From NCBI GenBank assembly GCA_013426185.1, contig CP058602.1:335123-399122 (forward strand): a DNA stretch of 64,000 bases, given 5' to 3'. Position 1 is the stretch's first letter, and each line of letters opens with the position of its first letter. Positions 47,307-57,109 of the stretch are shown piece by piece. The notes beneath the pieces were generated by a model. The model had not been told where the DNA came from, did not search any database, and worked only from the letters and a program-made list of their open reading frames with translations. A program made the position numbers and the translations under genes. Origin of the DNA: Candidatus Woesebacteria bacterium (GTDB lineage Bacteria > Patescibacteriota > Microgenomatia > UBA8517).

Positions 47307-50300
47307 CTATTTCTTTCCCCCGGAGCGAAACTTCCTTAAACCAAGGTAACCTGCAAAAAGTAAAACAGCGATTATTCCAACTGTCAATTTAGTTCTGTCT
47401 TTGGCAAATTTAACAGCCTGTCCCAAAACCCCTCCTTTTTCTTCCTCGGGAGCTTGAGTTGGTGAAGGAGTTGCCTCTTCTGTCTTCTCTTCTCCCAACA
47501 CCTCGCCAGTCGCCTTTTCTTTAGGCAAAATTTTAACTACTTCAGGAGTAGAAGTTGCAGAAACTGATGCTCCCAAAACTGATCCCGCCGAGACTTGAGT
47601 TTCAGGATCTGAAACGACAGATGAAGCATTGCCCGCCTTATCAATTGCTCTTATGGCAAAATAATATTCTTTTCCAGGAGCGGCAGCATTTTCTGAAGTC
47701 ATCTCGGTATCTTTTGATCCCCAGATGGTTGCTACCTCAGTTGAAGAATCAGCCGTGAAATTGGTACTATCCGAACGATAGATTATTACCTTGTCAAAAT
47801 CTTCATTGTCAGGGTTTCGCCAATAAAGCTTGTAGTGTCCATCCCCCAACTTTTCCTTCCTGTAATCGCGAACTGCATCGGGCGCTTGCCTGTCAACTAT
47901 AGTTGAAGTCTCGTCCTCGGCTGTTCCGCCATTAATTACAACCTTGAAGAAATATTTGCCATCTCCATTATAAAAATCACCGCCTGAAACCTGAACATAT
48001 CCTGACGCGCCAGTCAAAGCAGAACCCAAAGTTCTCCAAGACGAATCGCCATCTTTCTTTACATAAAACTGAGCTGAAATTGGATTTTCAGACAAAGCGG
48101 CGTATGAAATCTTAAAGTCTTCTTTATTGATATAGCTTGAAAGCTTGGTTATTGATACATAATCCGAGAAAGCCTTAGCAAAAGGAGCAAAAAGAGAAAA
48201 TACAAGAAGAAAAAGTATTGAGGCAAAAATATTCTTTAATCCTTTCTTGAAACGGCGATAATCAATCCAGTTTTTATTAAGAGCAAAACTGCCAAATTTA
48301 AGGAACAGACCAAAAATTAAAGCGGCAATAGCAAAGACAAAGAAGCGTGTATCAGAACCAGCAGCCGGCAAAACTTGACCCGCTTCAGTTGATGCCCCCA
48401 AGACCTGGCCTACCACTCCAACTCCTGTTGAGTAAGCTAGAACTTGCTTTAACTCAACTTGGGAGTTAACAGGCATGCCAGCATTACTTTCCACCCTCTC
48501 GCCACTCTCTGTATTCTCTGACACTGCCAAAACTTCAACTGGTTCAAAAATTCCTACTACCTCTTCGTTCCCTTCATGCTCATAAGGAATATAAACCCCC
48601 GTCGCAATAGCTATATTTGGATAGACTCCCGAAGTAAGGCTAGGATCAGACTTCATCTTATAAGTTAGAGTCTTTGTATCGCCTTTTTTTCCGGAAGCTT
48701 CAAGCGTGTCAATATACCATTCAAGATAACCAGAAAGCGCAGTTGGCGTGATTGGATTGCCTTCAAGCAGACCAGAACCATTAACATAGCTAAATCCACC
48801 AGCAGGAGCGTCCTTGATAGTTACACCTGTTAAGCGCTGATTGCCTGTATTTTTAATAACAAGAGTATAAATTACCTCGCTTCCTGAAGACAAAGGGCTC
48901 ACAGCGCTATTTGATTTAGTCAAAGAAAGGCCCAAAACAACCTTTAAATTACCAAAGTTGGCCTGAACATCTTTACCTGGATCTACTGTTACATTCTTAC
49001 AATTTCCTTCTGTTGGGTCTGTTGCTATCCACCCTTCGCTTAAAACCTCGCAAACTTGATAGTCGCCCGGAATAACATTGGCAAAAGAATAAGCACCATC
49101 CCCCCCCGTGGTCGTACTATCAATTTCGGTATCGCCCTGTTTTAACACTATTGTCCAACCAGGAAGTAAATTATTCTCATTTTCATCTCGAGATCCGTTG
49201 CCATTGATATCCTCATATTTATAACCAGAGATTGAACCTCTTTTGGTATTAGTAAAGGTACAAGTGACAGTTTCACCTGGTTCAACATTAAATGTGGCTG
49301 TTCGTGTAGAGGTGTTACCAATACTGTTTTCATCATCGCATGTTAAACTTGTCAAATCCCAACCTGTTTTTGCTGATTCAGTTGATGTATATTGATGACC
49401 TGGTAAGACTTCTGCTTTGAAAAGTGTGCCGTTATTTGAATTTATTGTTCCTGAGACATCACCAGTAAAGTCAAAACTGTCTGTACCGCCAACCATTATT
49501 TTTTTAACAATTATCTCTCCGTAATGAGAATTTATGAAAGTAAATGAATTTTTGCTTCCGCTTAACACCGTACCAAAATCATAAGTTGTTGGAGTAAGAT
49601 TTGTCCAACCTGTTTGTACTTCTTCGCTGACTGCATAACTTCCTGGACCAAGATTACTCCACGTATAACATCCGTCTTCACCGGTTGTTTTTGTATCTTT
49701 ATTATTAGTATCTCCATTTTTTATTAAACTTACGCTCCATCCTGAAATCGGCGTTTGGTCATTTGTTGTTTGTGTATCAGCATCAGCATCCTCTAATTTA
49801 CAAGCTTTAATTGAAACATTTTGAAAATTCCCAAAGTTGGAAATTGTTTGCTCACCCGCTACCACAGTAATTGAATTACATACAGGTGAAGTTAGACCAA
49901 CCCCGGGATCTGTATTAGACCAATCTGTTTGATTTATTTCACAGACTTTGTAGTTTCCTGGAACAATATTCATAAATGAATAATTGCCGTTTACATCAGT
50001 TGTTGTTGAAGCAAGCTCGGTAGTACCAGCTTCATCCATTAATTTCACTGTCCATCCGCTAAGGCCATTTTCTCCGTCATTTTTGACGCCATTTCCATTT
50101 ATATCGTTATATTTTATTCCAGCCACGGAACCTCTTTTGGTATTAGTAAAGGTACAAGTAACGTTCTCACCAGCAGCTAATTTTATGGTTGCTGATGGAG
50201 AGGTAGGTAAATTACTAGAAGAATCTTCGGTTGGATCATTGCAAGTTATATTAGTTAAATCCCAACCAGTTGTTGAATTTTCAGTTACAGTATAAGTTCC

Positions 50301-52517
50301 GGCAACCACATTGAAATTTTTTGAGTTTGGTAAAGTTTGATCATCGTCGTCATCTAAAGAAAAATTCCCTAAGTCTCCGGTAAATGAAAAGTCTTGAGGA
50401 TCGTTTGGTTGGGCATCTTTGACAATAGTAATTGTTCCTTGGTTGAGAGTGTTGGTGAAAGTACAAACTACAGAGTCCTCTGTATTACCACTTTTTCCTA
50501 TTTGAATTCCTGAAGCGCTTGTTCCGGTGCCGCTAAGATAGGAGGAACCGTTTTTAGTACAAGACCACTGGGTAGTATAGTTATTAAGATTAGTATTATT
50601 ACCCGCTGTTTCTGTGATTGTGTATGTCCCTAAGTCTACTGAATTAATTCCAGTTGATCCACTGCCAGAGACCGATAGATTAAGATTGGTTGGTCCGCTC
50701 ACAGCAAAATTCCAATTGGTGGAAGAATCATTTGGAACAACATCTTTAATTATTGTCAAACTTCCCTTGTCAGTACGAATAATGACACAGTCTGAAGGGT
50801 CAGAATTAGGTTGAGTTGAGGGATAAGAACAAACATCAAGTAAACTAGCAGAGCTCCCATTACCAATGTCAGCAAGATCTATAGAACAGGAAGCTTTAGT
50901 ATCATTCGGGGAGGAAGCACCAGCAGGAAAAGGATCATCGGCAGAATTTGTCACAGTGCAGCTACTCCGAGAAGGTGAGCCAATTAAAGTACTTCCGGCG
51001 CAACGGTCGGAACGAGTATCATTACAACTATACAAAGTGGGACTACCTGGGACCTGACTTTGACCATTGTTCCATGTAACACAAATTGCATAATTAGCTA
51101 ACCCATCATTATCTGTATCAAATAAAGCGCAAGCGTCAGCGGTATTTGAACCAGGCATAGAAGTTTCATCCCAGTTCCATGTGATTTCCAACGGATTATT
51201 TTGCGTTAAATTACGACAGAGCTTTGTTAAATCTTTTTGACCTGGCTCATCATTAACTCCTGCTGTGTCATTCACACAAGAGAAAGTTGGCGTAGGCGTA
51301 GGAGTTGGGGTAGAAGTTGGAATGGGAGTTGGACTAGCTTCAGTATAATCAACAATTAAATATATTTGAGTCACTATTGCTGTTTTATTCGCACTATTTT
51401 CAACACCAAACTTTACAGACCAACTATTAACTTCAGCTAATGTCCAAGCGGCTCCCGTAAACGGATTAGTTGGCATAACACGACTATACGTGGCATAACT
51501 CCCAGTAAGATTATTATCACTTCCAACACTTCTATCACCATCTGAAGGACCTTTTTCAACTAAAAGTTTTAACTTAGCGCCACCCTGACCTTCTTTGGCA
51601 ACAACATTTAGAGTCACAGAATTGATCGTTGCTCCGGCAGGAACACCCGCATTTGAAAAAGTAAACGATTGTCTTTGTCCATTACCACTATTCGTTATAT
51701 ATGTGGTGTCTCCATCATTTGTTGAAACTGCTGTAACTTTATCTCCGACATTTGCCGTCCATTGATCATAGTTAGCAATTGCTGTAGCTACAAGAGATGA
51801 ACTCAATGTATCCGTAAAACTCACTGAAGCAACAACTGTTCCTGAAGTATCTTTTACCTCAACCAAATAATTCGGCCTGTAGGTGCCGTCAAGTTGATAG
51901 GTGTAAAAAAGGCTACCTGACTCATCTGTGGTAACCCTGTCTGAAAACCTGAAATTACCAGTTTCAGAAGTAATTACCAATTCATACTCTGTATTTGGCA
52001 AAAAGCCACTTCCTGTTATTACAACCGCATCTGTCGGAGCATAATCAAACTTGTCAGTTTTCAAGGTTGCGCTGGTCGTCTCAATATAACTAAGATCAGG
52101 CTCTTCTATTTCTTCTGCATTGGTGTTGCCAAGAATAAAAGCGTTTAATTTAGCATTACTTTCCTCTTCTACTTTAGGGCTACTTTCAAGTTGAGGTGTG
52201 GAAGATTTCCCCAAGACATTTTCTTGGGGTTGATCTTTTACAGTTGCAGATGGAGAAGGTTTAAAAGTTGGTTCTAAAGTTGGAGTGAGAGTTGCTTCTG
52301 GTATCGGCGTATTATAGTTTGTTTGAGCATCTGATGTCGGCTCTACTGTTGGTTCAGCGGTTGGTTCTACTGTTGGCTCTGGCGTCATTTCAACAACTGG
52401 AGTTGGTTCTGGAGTTTCTTGGGCTAAGACAAGCAAAGGAGACCAAAAGGATATGGAGTTAACTAAAATAGAAAAGACAGATATTAAGGCAATTAACCTT
52501 CTTTTACTTTTATTCAT
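47307..52517 (-). CDS. Large surface protein: signal peptide, P/T linkers, Cys-rich domain, SpaA/SdrD-B (Cna-B-like) Ig repeats, DUF11-like domain, internal LPAAG sorting signal, second signal peptide, FN3-like domain, C-terminal TM
   Basis: Repeated CTFTN junctions and GxKYxDxNGNG...L.GWT motifs; LPAAG at 48357-48371; adjacent sortase gene. Confidence 0.85.
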   Translation of the reverse strand: MNKSKRRLIALISVFSILVNSISFWSPLLVLAQETPEPTPVVEMTPEPTVEPTAEPTVEPTSDAQTNYNTPIPEATLTPTLEPTFKPSPSATVKDQPQENVLGKSSTPQLESSPKVEEESNAKLNAFILGNTNAEEIEEPDLSYIETTSATLKTDKFDYAPTDAVVITGSGFLPNTEYELVITSETGNFRFSDRVTTDESGSLFYTYQLDGTYRPNYLVEVKDTSGTVVASVSFTDTLSSSLVATAIANYDQWTANVGDKVTAVSTNDGDTTYITNSGNGQRQSFTFSNAGVPAGATINSVTLNVVAKEGQGGAKLKLLVEKGPSDGDRSVGSDNNLTGSYATYSRVMPTNPFTGAAWTLAEVNSWSVKFGVENSANKTAIVTQIYLIVDYTEASPTPIPTSTPTPTPTPTFSCVNDTAGVNDEPGQKDLTKLCRNLTQNNPLEITWNWDETSMPGSNTADACALFDTDNDGLANYAICVTWNNGQSQVPGSPTLYSCNDTRSDRCAGSTLIGSPSRSSCTVTNSADDPFPAGASSPNDTKASCSIDLADIGNGSSASLLDVCSYPSTQPNSDPSDCVIIRTDKGSLTIIKDVVPNDSSTNWNFAVSGPTNLNLSVSGSGSTGINSVDLGTYTITETAGNNTNLNNYTTQWSCTKNGSSYLSGTGTSASGIQIGKSGNTEDSVVCTFTNTLNQGTITIVKDAQPNDPQDFSFTGDLGNFSLDDDDDQTLPNSKNFNVVAGTYTVTENSTTGWDLTNITCNDPTEDSSSNLPTSPSATIKLAAGENVTCTFTNTKRGSVAGIKYNDINGNGVKNDGENGLSGWTVKLMDEAGTTELASTTTDVNGNYSFMNIVPGNYKVCEINQTDWSNTDPGVGLTSPVCNSITVVAGEQTISNFGNFQNVSIKACKLEDADADTQTTNDQTPISGWSVSLIKNGDTNNKDTKTTGEDGCYTWSNLGPGSYAVSEEVQTGWTNLTPTTYDFGTVLSGSKNSFTFINSHYGEIIVKKIMVGGTDSFDFTGDVSGTINSNNGTLFKAEVLPGHQYTSTESAKTGWDLTSLTCDDENSIGNTSTRTATFNVEPGETVTCTFTNTKRGSISGYKYEDINGNGSRDENENNLLPGWTIVLKQGDTEIDSTTTGGDGAYSFANVIPGDYQVCEVLSEGWIATDPTEGNCKNVTVDPGKDVQANFGNLKVVLGLSLTKSNSAVSPLSSGSEVIYTLVIKNTGNQRLTGVTIKDAPAGGFSYVNGSGLLEGNPITPTALSGYLEWYIDTLEASGKKGDTKTLTYKMKSDPSLTSGVYPNIAIATGVYIPYEHEGNEEVVGIFEPVEVLAVSENTESGERVESNAGMPVNSQVELKQVLAYSTGVGVVGQVLGASTEAGQVLPAAGSDTRFFVFAIAALIFGLFLKFGSFALNKNWIDYRRFKKGLKNIFASILFLLVFSLFAPFAKAFSDYVSITKLSSYINKEDFKISYAALSENPISAQFYVKKDGDSSWRTLGSALTGASGYVQVSGGDFYNGDGKYFFKVVINGGTAEDETSTIVDRQAPDAVRDYRKEKLGDGHYKLYWRNPDNEDFDKVIIYRSDSTNFTADSSTEVATIWGSKDTEMTSENAAAPGKEYYFAIRAIDKAGNASSVVSDPETQVSAGSVLGASVSATSTPEVVKILPKEKATGEVLGEEKTEEATPSPTQAPEEEKGGVLGQAVKFAKDRTKLTVGIIAVLLFAGYLGLRKFRSGGKK

Positions 52518-52539
52518 TAAGAATGGGCTAACTAGCTCG

Positions 52540-52567
52540 ATTATAACACTGCTATAGGAGTTGTCAA
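52540..52567 (-). promoter_or_regulatory. Promoter of the large surface-protein gene
   Basis: TTGACA (52562-52567), 16 bp, extended TGtTATAAT (-10 at 52540-52545). Confidence 0.7.
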
Positions 52568-52602
52568 TAATGTCAAGATAACCCTATTACAATTACTATA
52601 TC

Positions 52603-53244
52603 CTATTTTAATTCAACCCCACCATCTTGATGTGCAATAACAACCAGCCTCCTCAAGGTTGTTCCCGGCGGGTAGCAGGTTTGAAGGGTCAATGTATTCC
52701 ATTTTCCTGAATTGCCAAGATAAAAAACATCCTTCGCATCTACAACCTTTTTATCAGATACCTTATAAACAAACTTCTTTTCCTTATAATAAATATCTAT
52801 CTCGTCTCCTCTTTCAAGTTTTCCAAGAAGATAGAAAACGGCATTGTAACGGCCGACATTGTAAAAAGCGTCAGTTGAATGGGCAAAAAGATAGGTATTG
52901 CCAAAACTGCCAGGCAAAGCGGAATATTTTGCATGAGCCACTCCCTTTTTCAAAACTGGCAAATACTCAGAAGCATTAAAAGGATCAACATTGGCAAAAA
53001 CAGGAGCCGAAGCGCCAATTTTGGGAATAACAATTGAAAATTCAGTATTTGGCGGTTCTATTTCTTTAACTAATTTAGAATCAGATTTAACCAATGCCTG
53101 CCTTGCCTGATAGACAATTTCCTCCTTTGTCGCAGGGCCGTATATAAAAAACAAAGTCAAAAGCGAAAGAAAAATGAAAACTTCACCAGCCAAGTTGAGA
53201 TAATAAGAGACCTTCTTTTTCTCGCTTTCTATCTTGCCTGCCAT
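52603..53244 (-). CDS. Sortase
   Basis: N-terminal TM, IVIPKIG, GVAH, LFAHS (His), LTLQTC (Cys), RLVV (Arg). Confidence 0.92.
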   Translation of the reverse strand: MAGKIESEKKKVSYYLNLAGEVFIFLSLLTLFFIYGPATKEEIVYQARQALVKSDSKLVKEIEPPNTEFSIVIPKIGASAPVFANVDPFNASEYLPVLKKGVAHAKYSALPGSFGNTYLFAHSTDAFYNVGRYNAVFYLLGKLERGDEIDIYYKEKKFVYKVSDKKVVDAKDVFYLGNSGKWNTLTLQTCYPPGTTLRRLVVIAHQDGGVELK

Positions 53245-53263
53245 TAATCAATAATAACACAAA

Positions 53264-53692
53264 TCAAGAAGAGTCAAAGCCTAAGAACTTCTTTAACAAA
53301 GGCGGAAATTTGTTTTGATATTTATTTATAAGATAGACTACAAAAGAAGCGCCAAGAGTGTCTATTACTACGTCTCTAATTCTTGGCTCGCGGCCAGGAA
53401 CAAAAGATTGATGATATTCATCAGACAGGGCGTAGAAAAAAGAAATTAAGATTGACAAAAAAGCAGATTTTTTGAACGAAAACTTGCTACCCCAAAAAGC
53501 ACGAAAATAAAAAAAAGAAAGAATGGTATATTCTACAAAATGAGCTGTTTTTTTAAGCAAAAAATCCTGCCAGTAGAATTTGCTTGTCTTGATAGTCGGA
53601 AGGGAGCTAAAAAAGAAAATAAGCGCCATCCATAAAAGTGGCGGCAACCATAAATTAAAAATCTTCCTGATCTTCGCTGTCTTTGTTTTCAT
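53264..53692 (-). CDS. VanZ-family membrane protein
   Basis: WMALIFFFSS, KTAHFVEY, DEYHQSFVPGR, DVVIDTLG; start placed at ATG 53692. Confidence 0.9.
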   Translation of the reverse strand: MKTKTAKIRKIFNLWLPPLLWMALIFFFSSLPTIKTSKFYWQDFLLKKTAHFVEYTILSFFYFRAFWGSKFSFKKSAFLSILISFFYALSDEYHQSFVPGREPRIRDVVIDTLGASFVVYLINKYQNKFPPLLKKFLGFDSS

Positions 53693-54824
53693 TTTGTTTT
53701 TCTTCTTTCTTCTTTTTAGACTTAAAATAAGCATAACTTGCCGCTGACAAAAAAGAAAGACCCGCTATTATAAAAAAGACAGCCGCCAAATTAAAGTAAG
53801 AATCAGAGCCACTAGCTTCTTTATCCTCCTTTATCTTTGCTGATTCAAGACCCAAGACTCTTGGCTCAGACGAGGAATTTAGAGTTAACCCAGATTCACT
53901 GGCTTGGATAGTGTTTTCTGCCTCAAGAGAAGGGGTTGGCGAGGCCTTTGGAGTTGCTGAAGGCTTTGGAGTTGAGGTTGGAGTTGGAGTTGAAATAGTA
54001 AGAATAGGGGTTTCTTCATAATTATTACCCGCTGAAACATCAATCGTCTTGGTCCAACTCTTATAACCAGTTTTTTCAACTTTTATGGTATGGCTGCCAA
54101 AACCACAGGAGACTTTGTTTGAACCGCATTTGCAATCATCGCAAAAAGTATAAGTTTCAGGGGCATAATTGCCGGTATAATTTCCATCAATATAAATCTG
54201 TGTCGCGCCACTTACAACATTATCATTCTGATCTCTCGCGTCATTGATCTTCAAATTAGCCTTGGGTTTTTCAGGACTCTGTGCTGGCGTTGGTAAAGGC
54301 GTGGGAGAAGGAGTTGGAATGGGTAATGCAACATTTATCTTAAAAGCCTCTGCCTCACTAGAACCACTATAACTACCGCAGCTAGATGTAAAACGAAAAG
54401 CTTTGATTACATACTCTCCATTGGGCAAATCATTATTGTCTCCTATTTTAATATTCAAAACATATTCACCATCTGAAGTTATCTTAAAATATTTGTTACA
54501 TTGATTATTACTCTTGTCAGAAGATAAAGAATCAATCTTGACCCAATCCCCATCATTATCCTTCATATAACCAATATAAGAATTGCTGTTTTTAATACCT
54601 ACCTTGAAAAAAGAATCTCCCAAAGGTAGGGAATCGACCACAATCCTTACATCTATTACATCTTCTTTGGAATAAACCTGTACTGGTTCTACCTCTGAAA
54701 TATAAAAGTTAAAAGCAGACTGAACGGATTTTGTAAAGACAAAAAGAAAAAAAACAAGATTGATAGTCAATATTGTCAAAAATAAACTAGAGGATAATTT
54801 TGTTCTACCAGTAATAGCTATCAT
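53655..54824 (-). CDS. Exported, C-terminally anchored protein with PEGA-like domain and P/T linkers
   Basis: Signal sequence, IYIDGNYTG...GSHTIKVEKTGY (PEGA-like), C-terminal TM with basic tail. Confidence 0.75.
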   Translation of the reverse strand: MIAITGRTKLSSSLFLTILTINLVFFLFVFTKSVQSAFNFYISEVEPVQVYSKEDVIDVRIVVDSLPLGDSFFKVGIKNSNSYIGYMKDNDGDWVKIDSLSSDKSNNQCNKYFKITSDGEYVLNIKIGDNNDLPNGEYVIKAFRFTSSCGSYSGSSEAEAFKINVALPIPTPSPTPLPTPAQSPEKPKANLKINDARDQNDNVVSGATQIYIDGNYTGNYAPETYTFCDDCKCGSNKVSCGFGSHTIKVEKTGYKSWTKTIDVSAGNNYEETPILTISTPTPTSTPKPSATPKASPTPSLEAENTIQASESGLTLNSSSEPRVLGLESAKIKEDKEASGSDSYFNLAAVFFIIAGLSFLSAASYAYFKSKKKKEEKQNENKDSEDQEDF

Positions 54825-54919
54825 AGATTCTCAATCTCAGATTTCCTAAGGAAAAATCTATTTAAATATCCTTCCCAAAAAAACAAAAAATCAAAAATTT
54901 AGCCTCGTTTGTATCAGCA

Positions 54920-55247
54920 CACTAAAATAAGTATCAAGTATCACGAATCAAGAATCAAGTATTAAGAATAGTTAAAAGTTAAAAGTTCAAAGTTGGAATT
55001 TATTTGTTTGGAATTTGTGATTTGTAATTTGGAATTTGCCTGCCCGCAATCGCTAAAGTGATAGCTTTTGCAGGCGGGGAATTTGGAATTTTGATTTTTT
55101 CCCTTTGTTCTCTGTTCTTTGTTCTAATCTAGTAGGTAAAAGGCAAGAGGTAAAAGGTAAAAGAAATTCAAATAGAAGGCAAAGGATTTCAGATATCAGC
55201 TATCGGATATCAGATATCGACTGTCAACCTTTGGCTATCAGATATAA
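54920..55247. repeat. Heptamer-repeat mosaic array D with an embedded 40-bp hairpin (55039-55078)
   Basis: GAATCAA, AAAAGTT, GGAATTT, TTGTTCT, GGTAAAA and GATATCA modules; largely reverse complements of modules in A-C. Confidence 0.85.
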
Positions 55248-55331
55248 GTGCTACAAAATTCACAATTTATAGATTACAAAAAATCTCACACCCAAATCTA
55301 ATTCTATCGTAAAATGCTAATTTTTATAAGT

Positions 55332-56408
55332 TTAATAAAAAAGAGTAATTTTTGAACTCCTTGCTATTCTATGGTTCCACCAGTTATAGATCTCTTTCAA
55401 ACTAGCCTTTTTTACCAATGCAATTTTCTCACTCATTGAGAGAATATTAGTAGTTTCCCATTCTAGTTTCTGAATAATTTTGTCTTCTAGCTTTATTATT
55501 ATGTTTTTATTTTTTTCTTCCAACTCTTGTATAAGCTTTTGCCTTGTAGCCTCAAAGACGTATCTATTGCGAGGAGGATTCTTTGCTACTTTTTCAACAA
55601 CATCTAGAAATGACTGGCAATCCTTCGAGTCAACCAGAGAAAAAAAGGTCGAAAAAATTTGAGGTGTAAAATCTTTGTTCATTTCTAGTTGGCAACTATA
55701 GGAAATCCCTTCCTGTCTTATTTTTTTTTCTACTTCTTCTTTAATAATTCTCGAAATGAAAACTAGCTTATAAGCATCTATGACTGAATGAATCGGAACC
55801 TTGATAGAATAGGCGGGATAAATAAGTTTCTCCCTAGGATAAGAATAAATATCATCAATCATTGTGTCCTTGTTTTCAATCTTCCCTTTACCAAACCTAT
55901 TAGCTACAGTATAGATTAGCATCTTAAGTTCTTTAGCAAGAGATGTGGGTGCATATATAATGGAATGTGTTAACTTGATATTTTTTAAAATCTCATCCTT
56001 TTTAGAAAAAGACAGGTTTCTTTCTATTAGCTTTAAGTGTCTTAGAAGAGAACTTTTGTTTTTTTGTTGATATTGAATTAGATTGTGAATCAGCCATCGG
56101 TGCCCTCCTATAGACGATAGTGCTTCTAAAACTATTCTTTTTTTCTCTGCCACTATATCTTCAACTGAGATTCTTCTTAGAAGAAGAACATCCGAAAGAA
56201 ATTCTGGCTCTACTTTATTTCCCACAGCTACCTTAAGTATGCCCGACCCCACCTTTCCATTTTTCTTGCATTTGTCATCCAGAGAACGAAAAAATAGATG
56301 TTCATAAAGATGAGCATATAGGTAGTTAGCCTGTTGATAGTTGAAAAACAGACTTAAAACAAAGTCTCTACTTAAACCTTTTTGGGGTATAATCTTGATA
56401 TCCGGCAT
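55332..56408 (-). CDS. Divergent M16 (insulinase-like) metallopeptidase
   Basis: HLYEH matches the inverted zincin HxxEH; C-terminal IRQEGISYS resembles the M16 R/Y motif. Confidence 0.65.
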   Translation of the reverse strand: MPDIKIIPQKGLSRDFVLSLFFNYQQANYLYAHLYEHLFFRSLDDKCKKNGKVGSGILKVAVGNKVEPEFLSDVLLLRRISVEDIVAEKKRIVLEALSSIGGHRWLIHNLIQYQQKNKSSLLRHLKLIERNLSFSKKDEILKNIKLTHSIIYAPTSLAKELKMLIYTVANRFGKGKIENKDTMIDDIYSYPREKLIYPAYSIKVPIHSVIDAYKLVFISRIIKEEVEKKIRQEGISYSCQLEMNKDFTPQIFSTFFSLVDSKDCQSFLDVVEKVAKNPPRNRYVFEATRQKLIQELEEKNKNIIIKLEDKIIQKLEWETTNILSMSEKIALVKKASLKEIYNWWNHRIARSSKITLFY

Positions 56409-56447
56409 TTTTTAAAACCCTTGAATATTGTCTAACATCAAAGAAAG

Positions 56448-56518
56448 AGAGCGCCTTACCCATCTAGGGAAACACTCGCCTCTTGCGAGTTGTTTTCTGT
56501 TTTACAGATCGGCGCTCT
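56448..56518 (-). terminator. Long bulged stem-loop between the peptide gene and the peptidase gene
   Basis: AGAGCGCC/GGCGCTCT outer stem with ATCT/AGAT, AAACA/TGTTT and CTCGC/GCGAG inner stems; followed by CTTTCTTT on the minus strand. Confidence 0.65.
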
Positions 56519-56539
56519 TGCGTAACCTATTCAGTTTTG

Positions 56540-56746
56540 TCAGTTTGCCCCCTCAGAAGCTGCATCAGACCAAGCCTGGTCTACTTCAGCTCTGCTCGAA
56601 CCAGTGTCCCTGGCGGCATCATCTTTCGAATAGCCATCCCTTACCGCACCGGCGTAGTTATCCCAAACGCTCCCGCTGATATCCCTGTCTTTATCTTTAT
56701 CCCTGTCTTTATCTTTATTCCTATCACCAGGCCCATAAGTATTCAT
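56540..56746 (-). CDS. 68-aa acidic small protein, possible peptide precursor
   Basis: SD GAGGTG before the ATG, upstream promoter TTGACT-17-TAAAAG (56893-56921), downstream stem-loop; DKDR repeats. Confidence 0.7.
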   Translation of the reverse strand: MNTYGPGDRNKDKDRDKDKDRDISGSVWDNYAGAVRDGYSKDDAARDTGSSRAEVDQAWSDAASEGAN

Positions 56747-57109
56747 CTCACACCTCGCTTCTTGCTTGAATATGTTTGTCTGGTAACCAACTTGAGCTTT
56801 CCAAGCTCCAAACCGAAAGATTTACACCTCCAAAACCGAATTTTAAAATGTGCTCGGATTTCCCTTCGCCCTCGAAGTGAATCCTGATTTCCCTTTTACC
56901 AAAAAAAGGCGCGAAAGTCAAGGGTATGTACGCGCTCGATACATTTTCGACATTCCTCCTTTCTTGATAAGATAATCCACTGGTGTATTATGGTTTAGAG
57001 ACTCGTAGACCTCTTCTGTAGAATATCAAATTTCAAATTTGCCTCCGCAACACCGAGTGTTACCTATGTTCAAACAATGGGTTATGACTGCTTGTCGGAT
57101 ACTAGCTGT

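Noticed and set aside
49200-51900. Strand-composition shift in the middle of the surface-protein gene as proof of foreign origin
   Set aside because: Could be explained by the Thr/Asn/Asp-rich protein composition; needs a synonymous codon analysis that I cannot run
56428-56887. Plus-strand ORFs 56428..56679 and 56483..56887
   Set aside because: Antisense to the 68-aa peptide gene, which has the SD, promoter and downstream hairpin
56919-56954. Tiny minus-strand ORF (MSK)MYRARTYP after AGGAGG
   Set aside because: Too short to support from sequence alone, and it overlaps the -35 of the peptide gene promoter
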